From Hemiscyllium ocellatum (lineage: Eukaryota), in the NCBI RefSeq assembly GCF_020745735.1, contig NW_026867487.1, positions 4,915,239 to 4,979,238 of the forward strand: a DNA stretch of 64,000 nt. The letters are read 5' to 3'. Below, in pieces: positions 34,186 to 47,145 of the stretch. The stretch's first letter is position 1, and each line of letters begins with the position of its first letter. The position numbers and the translations under genes are program-made. The notes beneath the pieces are model-generated. The model was not told the origin of the DNA, searched no databases, and saw only the letters and a list, made by a program, of their open reading frames with translations.

Positions 34186-35510
34186 CCTGCAGTGAGGATG
34201 GAAGACTGAAAGCTTTTCCACAAAAAGTCCTCCAAGGTGGACTTTGGAATACACAACAATGCAGAGTGGCCAAGCAGAGGCTGATAGCCAAGTTCGGTAG
34301 CCATGAGGATGGCCTCAACCAGGACCTTGGGTTAATGTTGCACTATAGGTGGCCCCACTACACTGTACACTCACTCACACAAGTACACAGTCTTACCTTC
34401 TCTCACAATCAGACAGACCGTCTCCCATACACAGTCCACACTCACCCACACACACATCCTCTCTCAGGCATATACTCCATCACACTCATGCACAAACTCT
34501 ATCAAACACACACACACACATAGTCACACACTCTCACTGTTTCCCTCATGTGTGTGCGCACACACATATAAGTCTAAGGAGTGAATTTGCATTTGCAGAA
34601 TTCTGTTTGCAGATACGTTCTATTTTGTTCAAAAAGCACACAATCTGTAGGCAGTCAATCCACGTGACATTTATAAATTCCTACTTTTGAAATAGAACCA
34701 GTCTGACTCAAGATTGCAATATAGACAGACTCTAACTTCACAACTTTAATGCATTTTAAAAAAATAAACGCTAAAGTAGTCTCAGGAATGTGACTTGAAA
34801 GATCATATTAATGTTTACATATTAATGGATTGAAACTTGCAACTCATTCTAAACGATGAAAGACTTAATAACAATCTAGTTTTAAATCAACTAGGCGAAA
34901 ATGAGGACTGCAGATGCTGGAGATCAGAGTCTAGATCAGAATTGTGCTGGAAAAGCACAGCAGATCAGGCAGCATCCGATCAGCAGGAAAAATCAACGTT
35001 TTGGGCAAAAGTCCATCAGGAATGAGGCAGGGAGCCCCTGGGGTGGAGAAATAAATGGGGATGATGGGGGGTGGTGGAGGCTGGTTAGCTAAGAGTACAA
35101 TAGGTGGATGGAGGTGAGGATGAAGATAGTAGGTCAGAGTGGATAGGTGGGAAGGAAGATTGGCAGGTAGGACAGGTCATGAGGAAGGTGCTGAGGTAAT
35201 TTGGAACTGGGGTAAGGTGGTGGGGGAGGAGAAATGAGGAAACTGGTGAAGTCCATATTGATGCTCTGCGGTTGAAGTGTTCCGAGGCGGAAGATGAGGC
35301 GTTCTTCCTCCAGATGTCGGGTGGTGAGGGAGTGGCGGGGAGGAGGCCCCGGACCTGCATGTCCTCAGCAGAGGGGGAGAGGGAGTTGAAATGTTTGGCC
35401 ACGGGGTGGTGCGGTTGATTGGTGCGGGTGTCCTGGAGATGTTCCCTAAAGCTTCTATTTCCAAATAAACCTGTTGGACTAAAACCTCGTGTTATAAGAT
35501 TTTTAACTTT
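34186..35510 (+). mobile_element. PLE family-3 3' portion, interrupted by a minus-strand family-1 fragment (~34892-35450)
   Basis: KVLQGGLWNTQQCRVAKQRLIAKFGSHEDGLN (GIY-YIG C-terminus), CA-rich 3' UTR, terminus AATAAACCTGTTGGACT at ~35464. Confidence 0.7.
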
Positions 35511-35627
35511 TCCACACAAAGTGCAGGTGAATGGTCTATCCCTTGTGTGATGTCTCAGCGCGGTGGATGAACTGCTGAATCTCTTCCCAGTGTGGCCTCT
35601 CCCCAGAACTGACCGATGTATAACAAG

Positions 35628-36101
35628 TGAAAATGTGTTGCTGGTTAAAGCACAGCAGGTTAGGCAGCATCCAAGGAATAGGAAATTCGACGTTTCGGGC
35701 ATAAGCCCTTCATCAGGAATGAGGAGAGGGTGCCAGGCAGGCTAAGATAAAAGGTAGGGAGGAGGGACTTGAGGGAGGGGCGATGGACCTGCGATAGGCG
35801 AATCCTCTTGCAAGGATGCCTTCCTTGAAGAAGCTCTCTTCCTCCCTCTACAAGGATTTCAGTGAGTCTCTCTCTCACTGCACCCCCCAGGTCATCTCCT
35901 CTGCTCCATCGCCCCTCCCCCAAGTCCCTCCTCCCTACCTTTTATCTTAGCCTGCCTGGCACCCTCTCCTCATTCCTGATGAAGGGCTTATGCCCGAAAC
36001 GTCGAATTTCCTATTCCTTGGATGCTGCCTAACCTGCTTTGCTTTAACCAGCAACACATTTTCAACTGTGATCTCCAGCATCTGCAGACCTCATTTTTTA
36101 C
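35628..36101. mobile_element. 474-bp inverted PLE family-1 insertion, 15-bp TSD, two intact hammerhead motifs
   Basis: CCGATGTATAACAAG at 35613-35627 and 36102-36116. ~160-bp inverted arms surround a ~117-bp spacer. Confidence 0.9.
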
Positions 36102-36407
36102 CCGATGTATAACAAGGGCAGGTGACTTTGTCAACCCCTGAGCTGGATTCACCCTGAGGTGGATTGTTTCTCCTGAGTGTAACTGTATTGATGGATTTCC
36201 AGTTCAGATATGCAATTGATTTCTTCATCGCAGTCCTCACATTTGCATGGTTTCTCTCCTGTGTGGCTGTGTTGATAGATTTCTGACAGTGATGGATAAT
36301 TAAATCCTTTACCACAATCCCCACAATAGGCATAATTACTGCAAGTTACAGGTGACCTTGTATCTCTCCAGGTTGAACAATCAATTAAAGTTTCTACCAT
36401 GTATAGA

Positions 36408-36582
36408 TCACACGGTGGCTCAGTGGTTTAGCTCTGATGCCTCACAGCGCCAGGGACCCAGATTCAATTCCAGTCTCGGGCAGCTGTCTGTGTGGAGTTT
36501 GCACATTCTTCCCATGTCTGTGTGGGTACCTCTGAGTGCTCCGGTTTTGCCCCACAGTCCAAAAATGTGCAGTTTAGGTGGC
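36408..36582 (+). mobile_element. HE1 SINE 5' portion
   Basis: GGTGGCTCAGTGGTTTAGC...TGTGGAGTTTGCACATTC. Confidence 0.8.
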
Positions 36583-37300
36583 TTTATCATTCCCACCCTT
36601 CTCTGCCTTCCACAAAAACTGTTCACTTCTACAATGCTTGTTTTGCGACACTCTCCCCACCGCTGGAAAATGCCATTAACCAGATGTTTTTATGACATTG
36701 GTGTGCAAGATGGGCTGAAGGGCCACTGCCATGCTGTCAAAACTCCAAGGCTGACACTACTGCTAAGCACTGATGGTGGAGACAGTGTGAGAGAGAAAAT
36801 ATGGGCAGACATGGGATAGATTTTAATCCCTGCTGTTTTCGCTGGCATTACCTCATTCCAGACCAATGGACCACACCAGCCATTTCAAAGCAGCTCACCA
36901 GGTCAAACAGCCTCTATCTTTATTGTGAGGTTCTTCCCTTTGCTACCTCTCTCTGTGCTAACACATTCACTGGATTTGTCCATGAGATGAGGTGGTTGAC
37001 ATGGAGCTGAAGTAAGATGAGCCTCTTTTCTCTCCAGTTTTGAATAATGAGGGATAATCTCATTGAACAGTCTGAAATTCAGAAATTATTTGACCATATT
37101 GTTGTGACATGGGTGTGTCAAGAAATGGCCTCAATACTCTTCATCACATGTCAGCCAGTTAGTATTAAATGTTTTATTTATTCGTTCACGGGATGAGGAC
37201 ATTGCTGGTTAAGGCAAAATTTATTGCCCATCCCTAATATCGCAGGGAGCAGTTAAAAGTCAACCATATTGCTGTGTGTCTGGAGTCATGTTTTGACCAA

Positions 37301-37513
37301 TTGAAAATGTGTTGCTGGTTAAAGCACAGCAGGTTAGGCAGCATCCAAGGAATAGGAAATTCGACGTTTCGGGCATAAGCCCTTCATCAGGAAGGGCTTA
37401 TGCCCGAAACGTCGAATTTCCTATTCCTTGGATGCTGCCTAACCTGCTGTGCTTTAACCAGCAACACATTTTCAACTGTGATCTCCAGCATCTGCAGACC
37501 TCATTTTTTACCC
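37301..37513. mobile_element. 213-bp perfect palindromic PLE family-1 mini-element, 15-bp TSD
   Basis: TCATGTTTTGACCAA at 37286-37300 and 37514-37528. Perfect 85-bp arms at 37301-37385 and 37391-37475, ATCAG spacer, 38-nt one-sided tail. Confidence 0.93.
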
Positions 37514-38216
37514 TCATGTTTTGACCAAACCAGGTAAGAAAGACAGTTTCCTTTCCAAAAAGGACATGAGTAAACTAGATGTGTTTTTCCCTGACAATTG
37601 ACAATGGTTTCATGGTCATCAGTGAACTCCTAATTCCAGACTTTGTTTTCATATTGAATTCAAACTGCATCATGTGCCATGGCAGACTTGAACCTCCAGA
37701 ATACTACTTGGTTCTCTGGATAAGCAGTCCAGTGACAATACCACTCAGCCGTTGCCTCCCCAAATGCCTAAGTGAGGGCATAATTGTCACTTAAATGGTT
37801 ATGAGTCTTTGGAATTCTCTAACCTGTGGATCCCCAGTGGCTGAGTGTACTGATTGCTGAGATGGATACGTGTTAGTCCTCAGTGCGTGCCTTCAGGATT
37901 TTCTGTTCCCTTGTGTTTGTCAATTTGGCGCAGGGCTCTGAATGGATGCTCAATCTCTGACTACTTCGACTTTTATTCACATTAGTTGTGCAGCCTCACA
38001 TTGAAATGTTGCAGATTTCAAACACACAAGGTGTGTTTGTCCCTTTCCAGTTATATTGTGCAATCACAACTTAGATCACTGCTTCAATATAATGTAAAGT
38101 CTCAAGATGCTTCTCAGGAGCATTAAATAAGAAAGTACAAATGCCAGCCATAAAATAGGTCAAATGACCAAACATTCAGACATTTTATTTTTAAAAATAA
38201 AAATGCCTTGAAGGAG

Positions 38217-38343
38217 TCATGATTTGGAGATGCCAGTGTTGGACTGGGATGTAGAAAGTTTAAAATCACACAACAGCAGGGTAAAGTCCAGCAGGTTTAA
38301 TTGGAAGCACTAGCTTTCGGAGCACTGCTGCTTCATCAGGCGG
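38217..38343 (-). mobile_element. PLE family-3 hammerhead unit (127 bp)
   Basis: Minus strand CTGATGAAGCAGCAGTGCTCCGAAAGCTAG. TTGAAGGAG repeated at 38208 and 38344. Confidence 0.75.
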
Positions 38344-39159
38344 TTGAAGGAGGTAAGTGAGGGACAGATGGAGAGAAGTGTATGGGGGCAATTGCTGAGC
38401 TTAAGGTCTCAGGAACTAGAAGTGGGGCGATCTGATTGAAATGTAGATGGAATCAGAATTTGAGGAGTGTAATCCAGACATCTGTGACCATCAAGACGAT
38501 TACTGTGGTAGGGAGGGGTGAGAGATGGAATGATTTGTGTTCATCAGTAAGGATTTTAAAATAACAGCACTGCTTGATGAGGAGCCAATGCATATCAGCT
38601 ATAGAGGAATAGGACTTGCTTCAGTGTAAACCTGGGCAGCAGCTTTGTATCTCAATTTTACAGAAGGTGAAATATCCAAATACATTCCAGAACTGACTTT
38701 GTGGTAAATCTGCACTGACCTGTTTTCAGGACTGATATCTAACCTTGAAGTTCACAGTGTGAACAGTGTGTGGAGAGAGTCCTGATGAGGGACAGAAGCA
38801 CACTTTGGGAGAATGAGGCATGGCAGAGGGAGCAATTGATCCAGCAGGGGAATGCGGAAACTCCACAAAACAGCTTGCGGAAATGGCAAACCCCAGTAAA
38901 GAAAATACCAGTCCGCCCGTGAGCAGAGAGTGGAGTGCATTATTTCCCAATGGAAAGCCCTGGTTATTGAACATATAAATAAAATTGAAAGGGCAGTGTA
39001 CTGCAGATGCTGGAGATGTGACAGGTTTTTATTTTGCATGCGTATGCACCTGAGGCCATCACTGACGGATAAATTCTGGAGATTGCAGTGGTCAATGAAG
39101 ACAACAGCTTCATCTTTCTCCTGTTTAAATGGAGGAAAATGTCCCTTTTGGGAAGGGAA

Positions 39160-39555
39160 AGGCTGAGGGACTTGAGGCTGTTTTCGTTAGAAGAAGGTTG
39201 AGAGGTGACTTACTAGAGACATATAAGATAATCAGAGGGTTAGATAGTGTGGACATGGAGAACCTTTTTCCAAGTATGGTGACGGCCAGTACAAGGGGGC
39301 ATAGCTTTAAATTGAGGGGTGATAGATATAGGACAGATGTCAGAGGTAGTTTCTTTACTCAGAGAGTAGTAAGGGTATGGAATGCTTTGTCTGCAAAGGT
39401 AGTAGATTCACCAACTTTAAGTACGTTTAAGTCGTCATTGGACAAGCATATGGACGTACATGGAATAGTGAAGGTTAGATGGGCTTCAGATTGGTATGAC
39501 AGGTCGGCGCAACATCGAGGGCCGAAGGGCCTGTACTGTATTGTAATGTTCTATG
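39160..39555 (+). mobile_element. CR1/HER1-type LINE 3' end
   Basis: RRLRGDLLETYKIIRGLD...FFTQRVVRVWNAL, tail TGTAATGTTCTATG. Confidence 0.85.
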
Positions 39556-40947
39556 TACACACACTGCATCTGTTTCAACTTAACACAATGGGTGTCAGCC
39601 GTTTGGTGGTTAATTTCTCAGGGCAATGCCAATCATCTAATTCGATTGGAAAATAAATGAATTATTATGGTTTTCTCCACCATTTCTTAAACTGTCCTAT
39701 TTCTTAAATATTCCATTTCTAAAAGAGGTCTAATACTTCACTATCACAAGATAATTACCTGAGATTTTAAAACTTCTGACTTTTTCCCATTATAAACAGT
39801 ACTGAAAGGATGGCTCTTGCAGTGTTCAATCCTACAGCCACTGATTCGTCTCTTGCTCTCTACCTATATCTTAAATATTCAATTTTGTGGAATGATGCAG
39901 CCACATGAATTCATTCACCCCAACAAATCCAATTTGGTGCTGAGGAAGTCATAACCAATTCATTCCACAGATCCACCGACAGAGTCAGAGGAATCTAAAT
40001 CTGGTGCAGAAGTGTAAAGGATAAATTTCCAGTTTGTTACATCTCACATGCACGTACTCCTGCGCAAAGGTGGATTACTCAGTGTAGTTCGTAAATATTA
40101 AGACTTTTCTGTATAGTTATGTACACAGAGTGCTGGGTGGTGTTTCATTATGTCTTCTGGGAGCTGTGTACTCACGGCCAAGTTGACAACATCCTTACTT
40201 TCCAGTGTTTGCATTGCTGAAGTCTGTCATTCTCAGCAGTTATGTTTGTGTTTTCCACAATATGTCAGTGCTATTCAGTTCCTCATTTTTAAAAAAAAAC
40301 AAATACATGTTTTATTCACTTAGTTGCATGGGTACATGTTAAAATTTTGCAGGGATAAAATAGCAAAATGATCTAAAAGATGCAAGAGGAAAGTTTGTTC
40401 CCTTTTCAGTGAAGACTGCAAAGTCAATAAAACCTTGCTGGTTGACATTTTCATTTAACAATGAAACAGACAAACATCTAATTGCTGTGGTTCAGGTGTC
40501 AAGCCAACAGACATACAGTGAAGGATGTTGTAAATACAATTAGCCAGAACTGAAATCCCTCAGACATGAAACATTTCTGCTGCTGTCATAATTCAGAAGG
40601 ACAAGGAAATTAAAGTTCAACCATAAATATCACATGAATAGATATGCTATAATAACTAGGAAAGCCTGAAGTTCTTTTATTTAGAAAAGTAGAAGGCTAA
40701 GAAATGACACATTAGCAATAGAAATCTTTGTACCTGTTTTGTCTTACTAATGTAGCAGAACCTGCTGGTTCATTTCCAGTCAGGAAAGGACATATCTTTA
40801 CACTAATCGCCAAACTGACAGCACATCTCCAGCCTTAACATTCTTTTTAATGACTAAAACAGTAGAAAAATATCTTCTGTTCCATGTCTGGGATCTCTGA
40901 ACCATGGAAGTAAGTGGCTGGAAGTCATTTCTTGCAGTACTCCAGTT

Positions 40948-42444
40948 TAGAACATGGAACATACTGCATTACAGCACAGTACAGGCCCTTCAGTCCTCGA
41001 TGTTGCACTGACTTGTGGAACCAATCTGAAGCTGATCCAGCCTACACACTATTCCATTCTCGTCCATATGCCTATCCAATGACCATTTAAATGCCCTTAA
41101 AGTTGGCGAGTCTAATACTATTGCAGGCAGTGCGTTTCACGTTCCTACTACTCTGAGTAAAAAAACTACCTCTGACATCTATCCTAATATTTACCATCCC
41201 TCAATTTAAAGCTATGTCTCCTCGTACTAGCCATTGCCATCTGAGGAAAAAGGCTGTCACTGTCCAACCTATATAACCCTCTAATGATCTTATATGTCTC
41301 AATTAAGTCACCTCTCAACCCTCTTCACTCTAACGAAAACAGCCTCAAGTCCATCAGCCTTTCCATGCAAGACCTTTTCTCCATACCAGGTGACATCCTA
41401 GTAAATCTCCTCTGAACCCTTTCCAACGCTTCCATATCCTTCCTATAATGTGGTGACCAGAACTGTATGCAAAACACAAAATGTGGCCACTCCAGAGTTT
41501 TGGACAGCTGCAGCATGATCTCATGTTTACAAAACTCAATCTCTCTACCAACAAAAGCTAACATACCGTATGCTTTCTTAACAACCCTATCAATCTGAGT
41601 GGCAACTTTCAAGGATCTATGTACGTGGATTCCAAGACCTCTCTGCTTGTCTACACTATCAAAAATCTTACCATTAGCCCAGTACTCTGCACTCCTATCA
41701 CTCCTTCCAAAGTGAATCAACTCACACTTTTCCACATTAACCTCCATTTGCAACCTCTCAGCCCATCTCTGCAGCTTATCTCTGTTTCTCTGTAATCTAC
41801 AACATCCTTCATCACTATCCACAACTCCACTGACCTTAGTGTCATCTGCAAATTTCCTAACCCATCCTTGTATGCCCTCATCCAGGTAATTTATAAAAAT
41901 GATAAATAGCAGTGGACCCAACACAGATCCTTGTGGTACCCCATGAGTAACTGAATCCAGGATGAATATTTCCCATCAACCACCATTCTCTGTCTTCGTT
42001 CACCTAGTCAATGTCTGATCCAAAATGCTAAATCACTCTGAGTCCAATGCCTCCGTATTTTGTGCAATAGCTTACCATGGGGAACCTTATCAAATGCCTG
42101 ACTGAAATCAATATGCACCACATCAACTTTTACCCTCATCCATCTGTTTAGTCACCTTCTCAAAATACTCAATAAGGTTTGTGAGGCACAATGTGCCCTT
42201 CACAAAACCGTGCTGACTATCCCTAATCAACTTATTCCCTTCTAGATGGTTATAAATCTTATCTCTCATAACCCTTTCCAATACTTTATCCACAATTGAA
42301 GTAAGGCTCACAGGTCTATAATTTCCAGGGTTGTCTCTACTCCCCTTCTTGAACACAGGAACATCATTTGCTATCCTCAAGTCTTCTGGCACTATTCCTG
42401 TAGACAATGATGACATAAAGATCAAAGCCAAAGGCTCTGCCATC
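40948..42444 (-). mobile_element. CR1/HER1-type LINE RT portion, abutted by a PLE hammerhead unit (~42445-42547)
   Basis: PGNYRPVSLTS, SQHGFVKG, LGPLLFIIFIN, KFADDTK, ERVQRRFTRM. Confidence 0.9.
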
Positions 42445-42547
42445 TCCTGATGAAGGGCTTTTGCCCAAAATGTTGATTTTCCTGCTCCTCGGATGCTGCC
42501 TGACCTGCTGTGCTTTTCCAGCTCCACTCTAATCTTGATTTTCTCCA

Positions 42548-42820
42548 GTGAATCGCTTACTACACACAGAGCAGGCTTATCTCCAATATGAGTGCATTGG
42601 TGTCTCAGCAGGTTATTCCTGCTTTTAAAACTCTCATCAATCAGAACTTTGAAGTTTTCATCTCAGTATGAACTCACTCATGTTCGATTGAGATGTTGGA
42701 TGAATGATTGAACCACTTCCCCACATGCAGAGCAGGTGTATGGCCACTCCCCTGTGTGCTGATGTACAGAGAAGTCAGACGACTTTTTTGAATTCAGTCC
42801 CTCAGTGAGAGCATCTGAAA
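42548..42820 (-). pseudogene. ZNF remnant
   Basis: Decayed fingers such as GEWPYTCSACGEVV. Confidence 0.6.
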
Positions 42821-43171
42821 GAATGGATATAGTGAGATAAAATATGTGGGCAAAAAATGGCAGATTGATGAAATGTGTGAAATGAGAGATTGATAACTTT
42901 GGTATGTGGGATACTGAAAGTTTATCTTTCCTTCAGTGGAGAGGGAATGCAGAACGTTGCAGTCTTAAAAGAACTGAATGTTCTGATACATGAATCATAA
43001 TAGAAGGATATTATTACATACTGAAAACATGGCTTAAAGCATGGGAACAGAGCAGCTGAACATCCCTGTCAGACAGGAGGGAGAGGGGGATTAAATTCAA
43101 GTACAGGTGTCACATTATTGGTGAATGAATCGTAACTATGATGAGGGATGATCTAATAAATCATAACATAA

Positions 43172-43600
43172 GGCCATAAGACATAGGAGTGGAAGTAAGG
43201 CCATTCAGCCCATCGAGTCCACTCCGCCATTTAATCACGGCTGACGGGCATTTTAACTCCGCTTACCTGCATTCTCCCCATAGCCCTTAATTCCTTGTGA
43301 CATCAAGAATTTATCAATCCCTGGCTTGAAGACATTTAGCGTCCCGGCCTCCACTGCACTCTGCGGCAATGAATTCCACACAGCCACCACTCTCTGGCTG
43401 AAGAAATGTCTCCGCGTTTCTGTTCTGAATTGACCCCCTCTCATTCTAAGGCTGTGCCCACAGATCCTCGTCTCCTTGCCTAATGGAAACAATTTCTTAG
43501 CATCCACCCTTTCCAAGCCATGTATTACCTTGTAAGTTTCTATTAGATCTCCCCTTAACCTTCTAAACTCCAATGAGTACAATCCCAGGATCCTCAGCCA
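43172..43600 (-). mobile_element. CR1-type LINE 3' end (different subfamily)
   Basis: YSLEFRRLRGDLIETYK...FFSQRVVAVWNSLPQ. Confidence 0.85.
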
Positions 43601-45996
43601 GACCTGTTGGGTTGAGTTCCATGGAGCCCACCAGTTTGTCCTGTAATGGAAACTTTAAACAGAATGAACGGATGATTTTAAAATATCACTGCAATGTGAT
43701 CGGCAGGATTCTGCACTGACCCTGTGACCAGATGTTTCCACCTGATAGTGGTCCCGCATTTATTATCTGCTGAGAAGTGACATGTGCGGTTTCGAACTGG
43801 CAGCAGAGAAACAGGAAGTTGTGCCACCTGAGAATGGAGCAAGTGGTCATTTTATTGTTATCAGCATGAACAGACATCCTGTCTGTGAGGGTGACCTCAT
43901 ACTGACAGAATCAAGAACAAACATACAGATTGCTGATGGTCTCTGCATTTTAATTCAATGTCACCCTTGATCCACTTATACTTTCTCCGTGTCTCTCTGC
44001 AAATACCATGCATTCACCATGCTCAGTGTTAAGTACTGAAGCTCAGTTGACACAATTATTGTCTCCCTTCTTTGAAACTAAAGAGCTTTTGAGATGCAAT
44101 GGCGGAATCCCTACCTCCAGTCTGGAAGGTGCAGGTTAAAATTCCAATTGCCTCAGGTTTCACATCGCCTGCCTGAACAGGTTGATGAAAAATAATCATA
44201 AACTGACATAGAAACAATGGGGAGATGGGGACTGCATACCTGCAATGTTGCAAATTTTTAAAAGGGAAAAACAACCAACTTCCCAAATCAAACTGCTCAG
44301 AGATGTGATTGCACGCATCTGGAGCAGGTGGGACTTGAACTCAGATCTCCCTATTCTGGGGACCATGACACCACAAGAGGGCTGTCCTGTCATGTTTCAC
44401 TCTCAATAAGTAAATCTGTGCCAGATTATCCCAGTAATGACCGGGTCTGGTTTCTTACTTCATCAATTGGCTATCCAGACTGTCACAACAACGTCTGGAT
44501 TAATACTTACTGAAGTGAACATTGCAACTGGGCAGGACCAACCCTCCACTATCATTATTCCCACTGATAAAAACTACAGCATGGATAATGCTGTTCGACA
44601 ATTGAGAGTTTACTGCATATTTGAATGTGAAAGTCAATTATTAGTTGTTTGTGATAAAATATACGAGTCCATAGATGTCACTGCTTCTAGTTTCATTGTT
44701 TGCTGACAATCAGATACAATTGAGGGTAAAATCAGTATCTAGTGTATGATTTTTTTTATTGATTGGGGTAAATAATTTGTTACGGTGCAAAGTCCTGCTC
44801 ATTTTTGCTTGATAACTGAACTTTCTGCCTGCAACCCCAACATTTGCCAAAATAGAGACAAACGCACATTCCAGTGATTCTGAAAATCAGATTCAAAACT
44901 GTAGCTTGACAATAACATTGGGTAAGATTGCTGCTGCTAATTTTCCACATGCTAATAACTCAAACAGCAACTTCAAGAATGAAATTGCATTGATTTGGAT
45001 TGATGTGAGTGAAATCCCTTGAACGATGGCATTGGACAGGAGAACAAGAGCACTTGGCCCATCCAGTCAGCTGTTTGAAACAACTGTTCCATTTGCCAAT
45101 CTTTCTACAAAGTCATTAGAAGCTTTCCTTTTCAACTGTACTTCCCATTTCATTTTCAAAGTTCCTAGTCGATTTGTTTCCTTCAATCTTTCATGGAATG
45201 CATTCCAGATCATATTAACTCACCAGCAGGGATGAGGTATATTTAAACGTCAGTGTTTGGGGAGTGTGTCAATAGAAAGTCTTAGACTCAATGCCGTCCC
45301 TTCTTTATCTGGACTGAAACTATTATCATTGTAAAAGACACCTATGTATACATCCATCTTCAATTTTACTACGGATGGTAACTAATGTGTTTCTGTTCAA
45401 TAAATCAAGATTGTAACACATACAGGTTCCAATGTTATAGAATTATCAAGTGCCATTTTTAGACTTGAAAATTAAACCTGCCGTTTCACTTTCAGTCAGA
45501 ATAGATTAGAACCACACACAGTTCTCCAGCATCAACAGCTTTTTTGGACTGTGTTATGAAACAGATCATAGTTTTGATACAAATCTCTGTTATTTCAGCT
45601 TGTTCCCAGCATTCACGGTCATTCTCCCTGACTTGAAACACGTCTGCAAGGGAGTTGCTGTTCTGTGCCTTGGAGATCTGAGCCAAGAAAAGCAATGGCT
45701 GAGACCAATTTATTATGCACCTCAAGGTTGTCCTCATGAGGAGTCAGCTGTGAGTGAAGAGAAATGAGAATGATTAAAGTCACATTTATCCCTCTCAGTG
45801 TGACCCTGATGGACAGATCAGTTTCTGACACACAACCCTCCTCCCACATTGTCCTTTATGATTCTAGCCTCATGTTAAACACTCAGATGGGAAAGACAAA
45901 GATTACAAAAATGTCTCAGAAAAGGTGAATAATTTTTTCATTTATGCAGAACATAAAAACTCGTCAACAAATCAGGATCATCAGAATGAACATGGT

Positions 45997-47145
45997 TCAG
46001 TCCTGGATATGACTAGCAGCATCGGCAAGTGCAGAATCCAAACTTTGCACTTGCTTGTGAACTCGCTGGTGTGTCAGCAGATGGGAAGACTGAATGAATC
46101 CCTTCCCACAGACATTACAGGTGAACGGCCTCTCCCCAGTGTGAACTCGCTGATGTTTCACCAGGTAGGATGAATGAGAAAATTCCTTCCCACATTCAGA
46201 GCAGGCAAACGGCCTCTCCCCAGTGTGAATCCTCTGGTGTGTCTGCAGGTTGGATGACTGAGTGAATCCCTTCCCACACGTTGGACAAGTGAAGGGCCTC
46301 TCTCCAGAGTGAACTCGCTGATGATTCATCAGGTTGGAGGATCGAGTGAATCCCTTCCCGCACACAGGACAGGTGAAAGGCTTCTCCTTCGTGTGAACCT
46401 GCTGATGTGTCAGAAGATTACATGAACGGGTGAATCCCTTTCCACATTCAGAGCAGGTGAAAGGTCTATCTCCTGTGTGAAGTTGCTGGTGTATCAGAAG
46501 ATTGGATGAATTAATGAATCCCTTCCCACACACAGAGCAGGTGAATGGTCTCTCCCCTGTGTGAATCCGCTGGTGATACAGTAGGCCAGATGGACGAGCG
46601 AATCCCTTCCCACACACAGAGCAGGTGAATGGCCTCTCCCCTGTGTGAGTATACTGGTGTGTCAGCAGATCCTTTTTGCTTTTAAAGCTCTTCTCGCAGT
46701 CAGAACAATTAAAAAGTTTGTTGTCAGAGTGAGCAAGTTGATGTGTCTGAAGGTGGGATGACTGAGTGAATGCCATCCCACAGATAGAGCAGGTGAATGG
46801 CCTCTCCCCAGTGTGGATACGTTGATGTGTCATTAGATCCTTTCTGCATTTAAAACTCTTCTCACAGTTTGGGCATTTAAATGGTCTCTTATCAGTGTGG
46901 ACAAGTTGGTGAGTCACAATGTGGGATGATCGAGCAAATCCTTTACCACACACAGGGCAGGTGAACGGCCTTTCCTCAGTGTGAACTCGCCGGTGTGTTA
47001 GAAGGTTGTAGGAATGGGTGAACCCCTTCCCACAGACAGAGCAGGTGAATGGCCTCTCCCCAGTGTGACTGCGCCGATGAACCTCCAGTTGAGATGGGTA
47101 ATTGAACCCTTTTCCACAGTCGCCACATTTCCATGGTTTCTCCAT
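45997..47145 (-). CDS. C2H2 zinc-finger protein D, 13 canonical fingers
   Basis: GCCATGG start at 47145 (MEKPWKC). Acceptor AG at 47465-47464 and donor G|GTGAGG at 47988 in the CpG island. Confidence 0.9.
   Translation of the reverse strand: MEKPWKCGDCGKGFNYPSQLEVHRRSHTGERPFTCSVCGKGFTHSYNLLTHRRVHTEERPFTCPVCGKGFARSSHIVTHQLVHTDKRPFKCPNCEKSFKCRKDLMTHQRIHTGERPFTCSICGMAFTQSSHLQTHQLAHSDNKLFNCSDCEKSFKSKKDLLTHQYTHTGERPFTCSVCGKGFARPSGLLYHQRIHTGERPFTCSVCGKGFINSSNLLIHQQLHTGDRPFTCSECGKGFTRSCNLLTHQQVHTKEKPFTCPVCGKGFTRSSNLMNHQRVHSGERPFTCPTCGKGFTQSSNLQTHQRIHTGERPFACSECGKEFSHSSYLVKHQRVHTGERPFTCNVCGKGFIQSSHLLTHQRVHKQVQSLDSALADAASHIQD

Larger units (their letters stand above)
34040..36400 (-). pseudogene. ZNF pseudogene fragmented by nested PLE insertions
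   Basis: [35 protein letters not shown] (36149-36400), DRPFTCTLCGK (~35511-35600) and a 3' end at ~34040-34180. Confidence 0.75.

Noticed and set aside
38730-38978. Possible exon with a short ORF MAEGAIDPAGECGNSTKQLAEM after a TTTTCAG acceptor
   Set aside because: About 52 codons, no identifiable domain or partner exons; cannot be supported without a search.
39900-40000. Minus-strand WICG...PNW, reminiscent of an env SU motif
   Set aside because: Needs several frameshifts and lacks other env hallmarks nearby.
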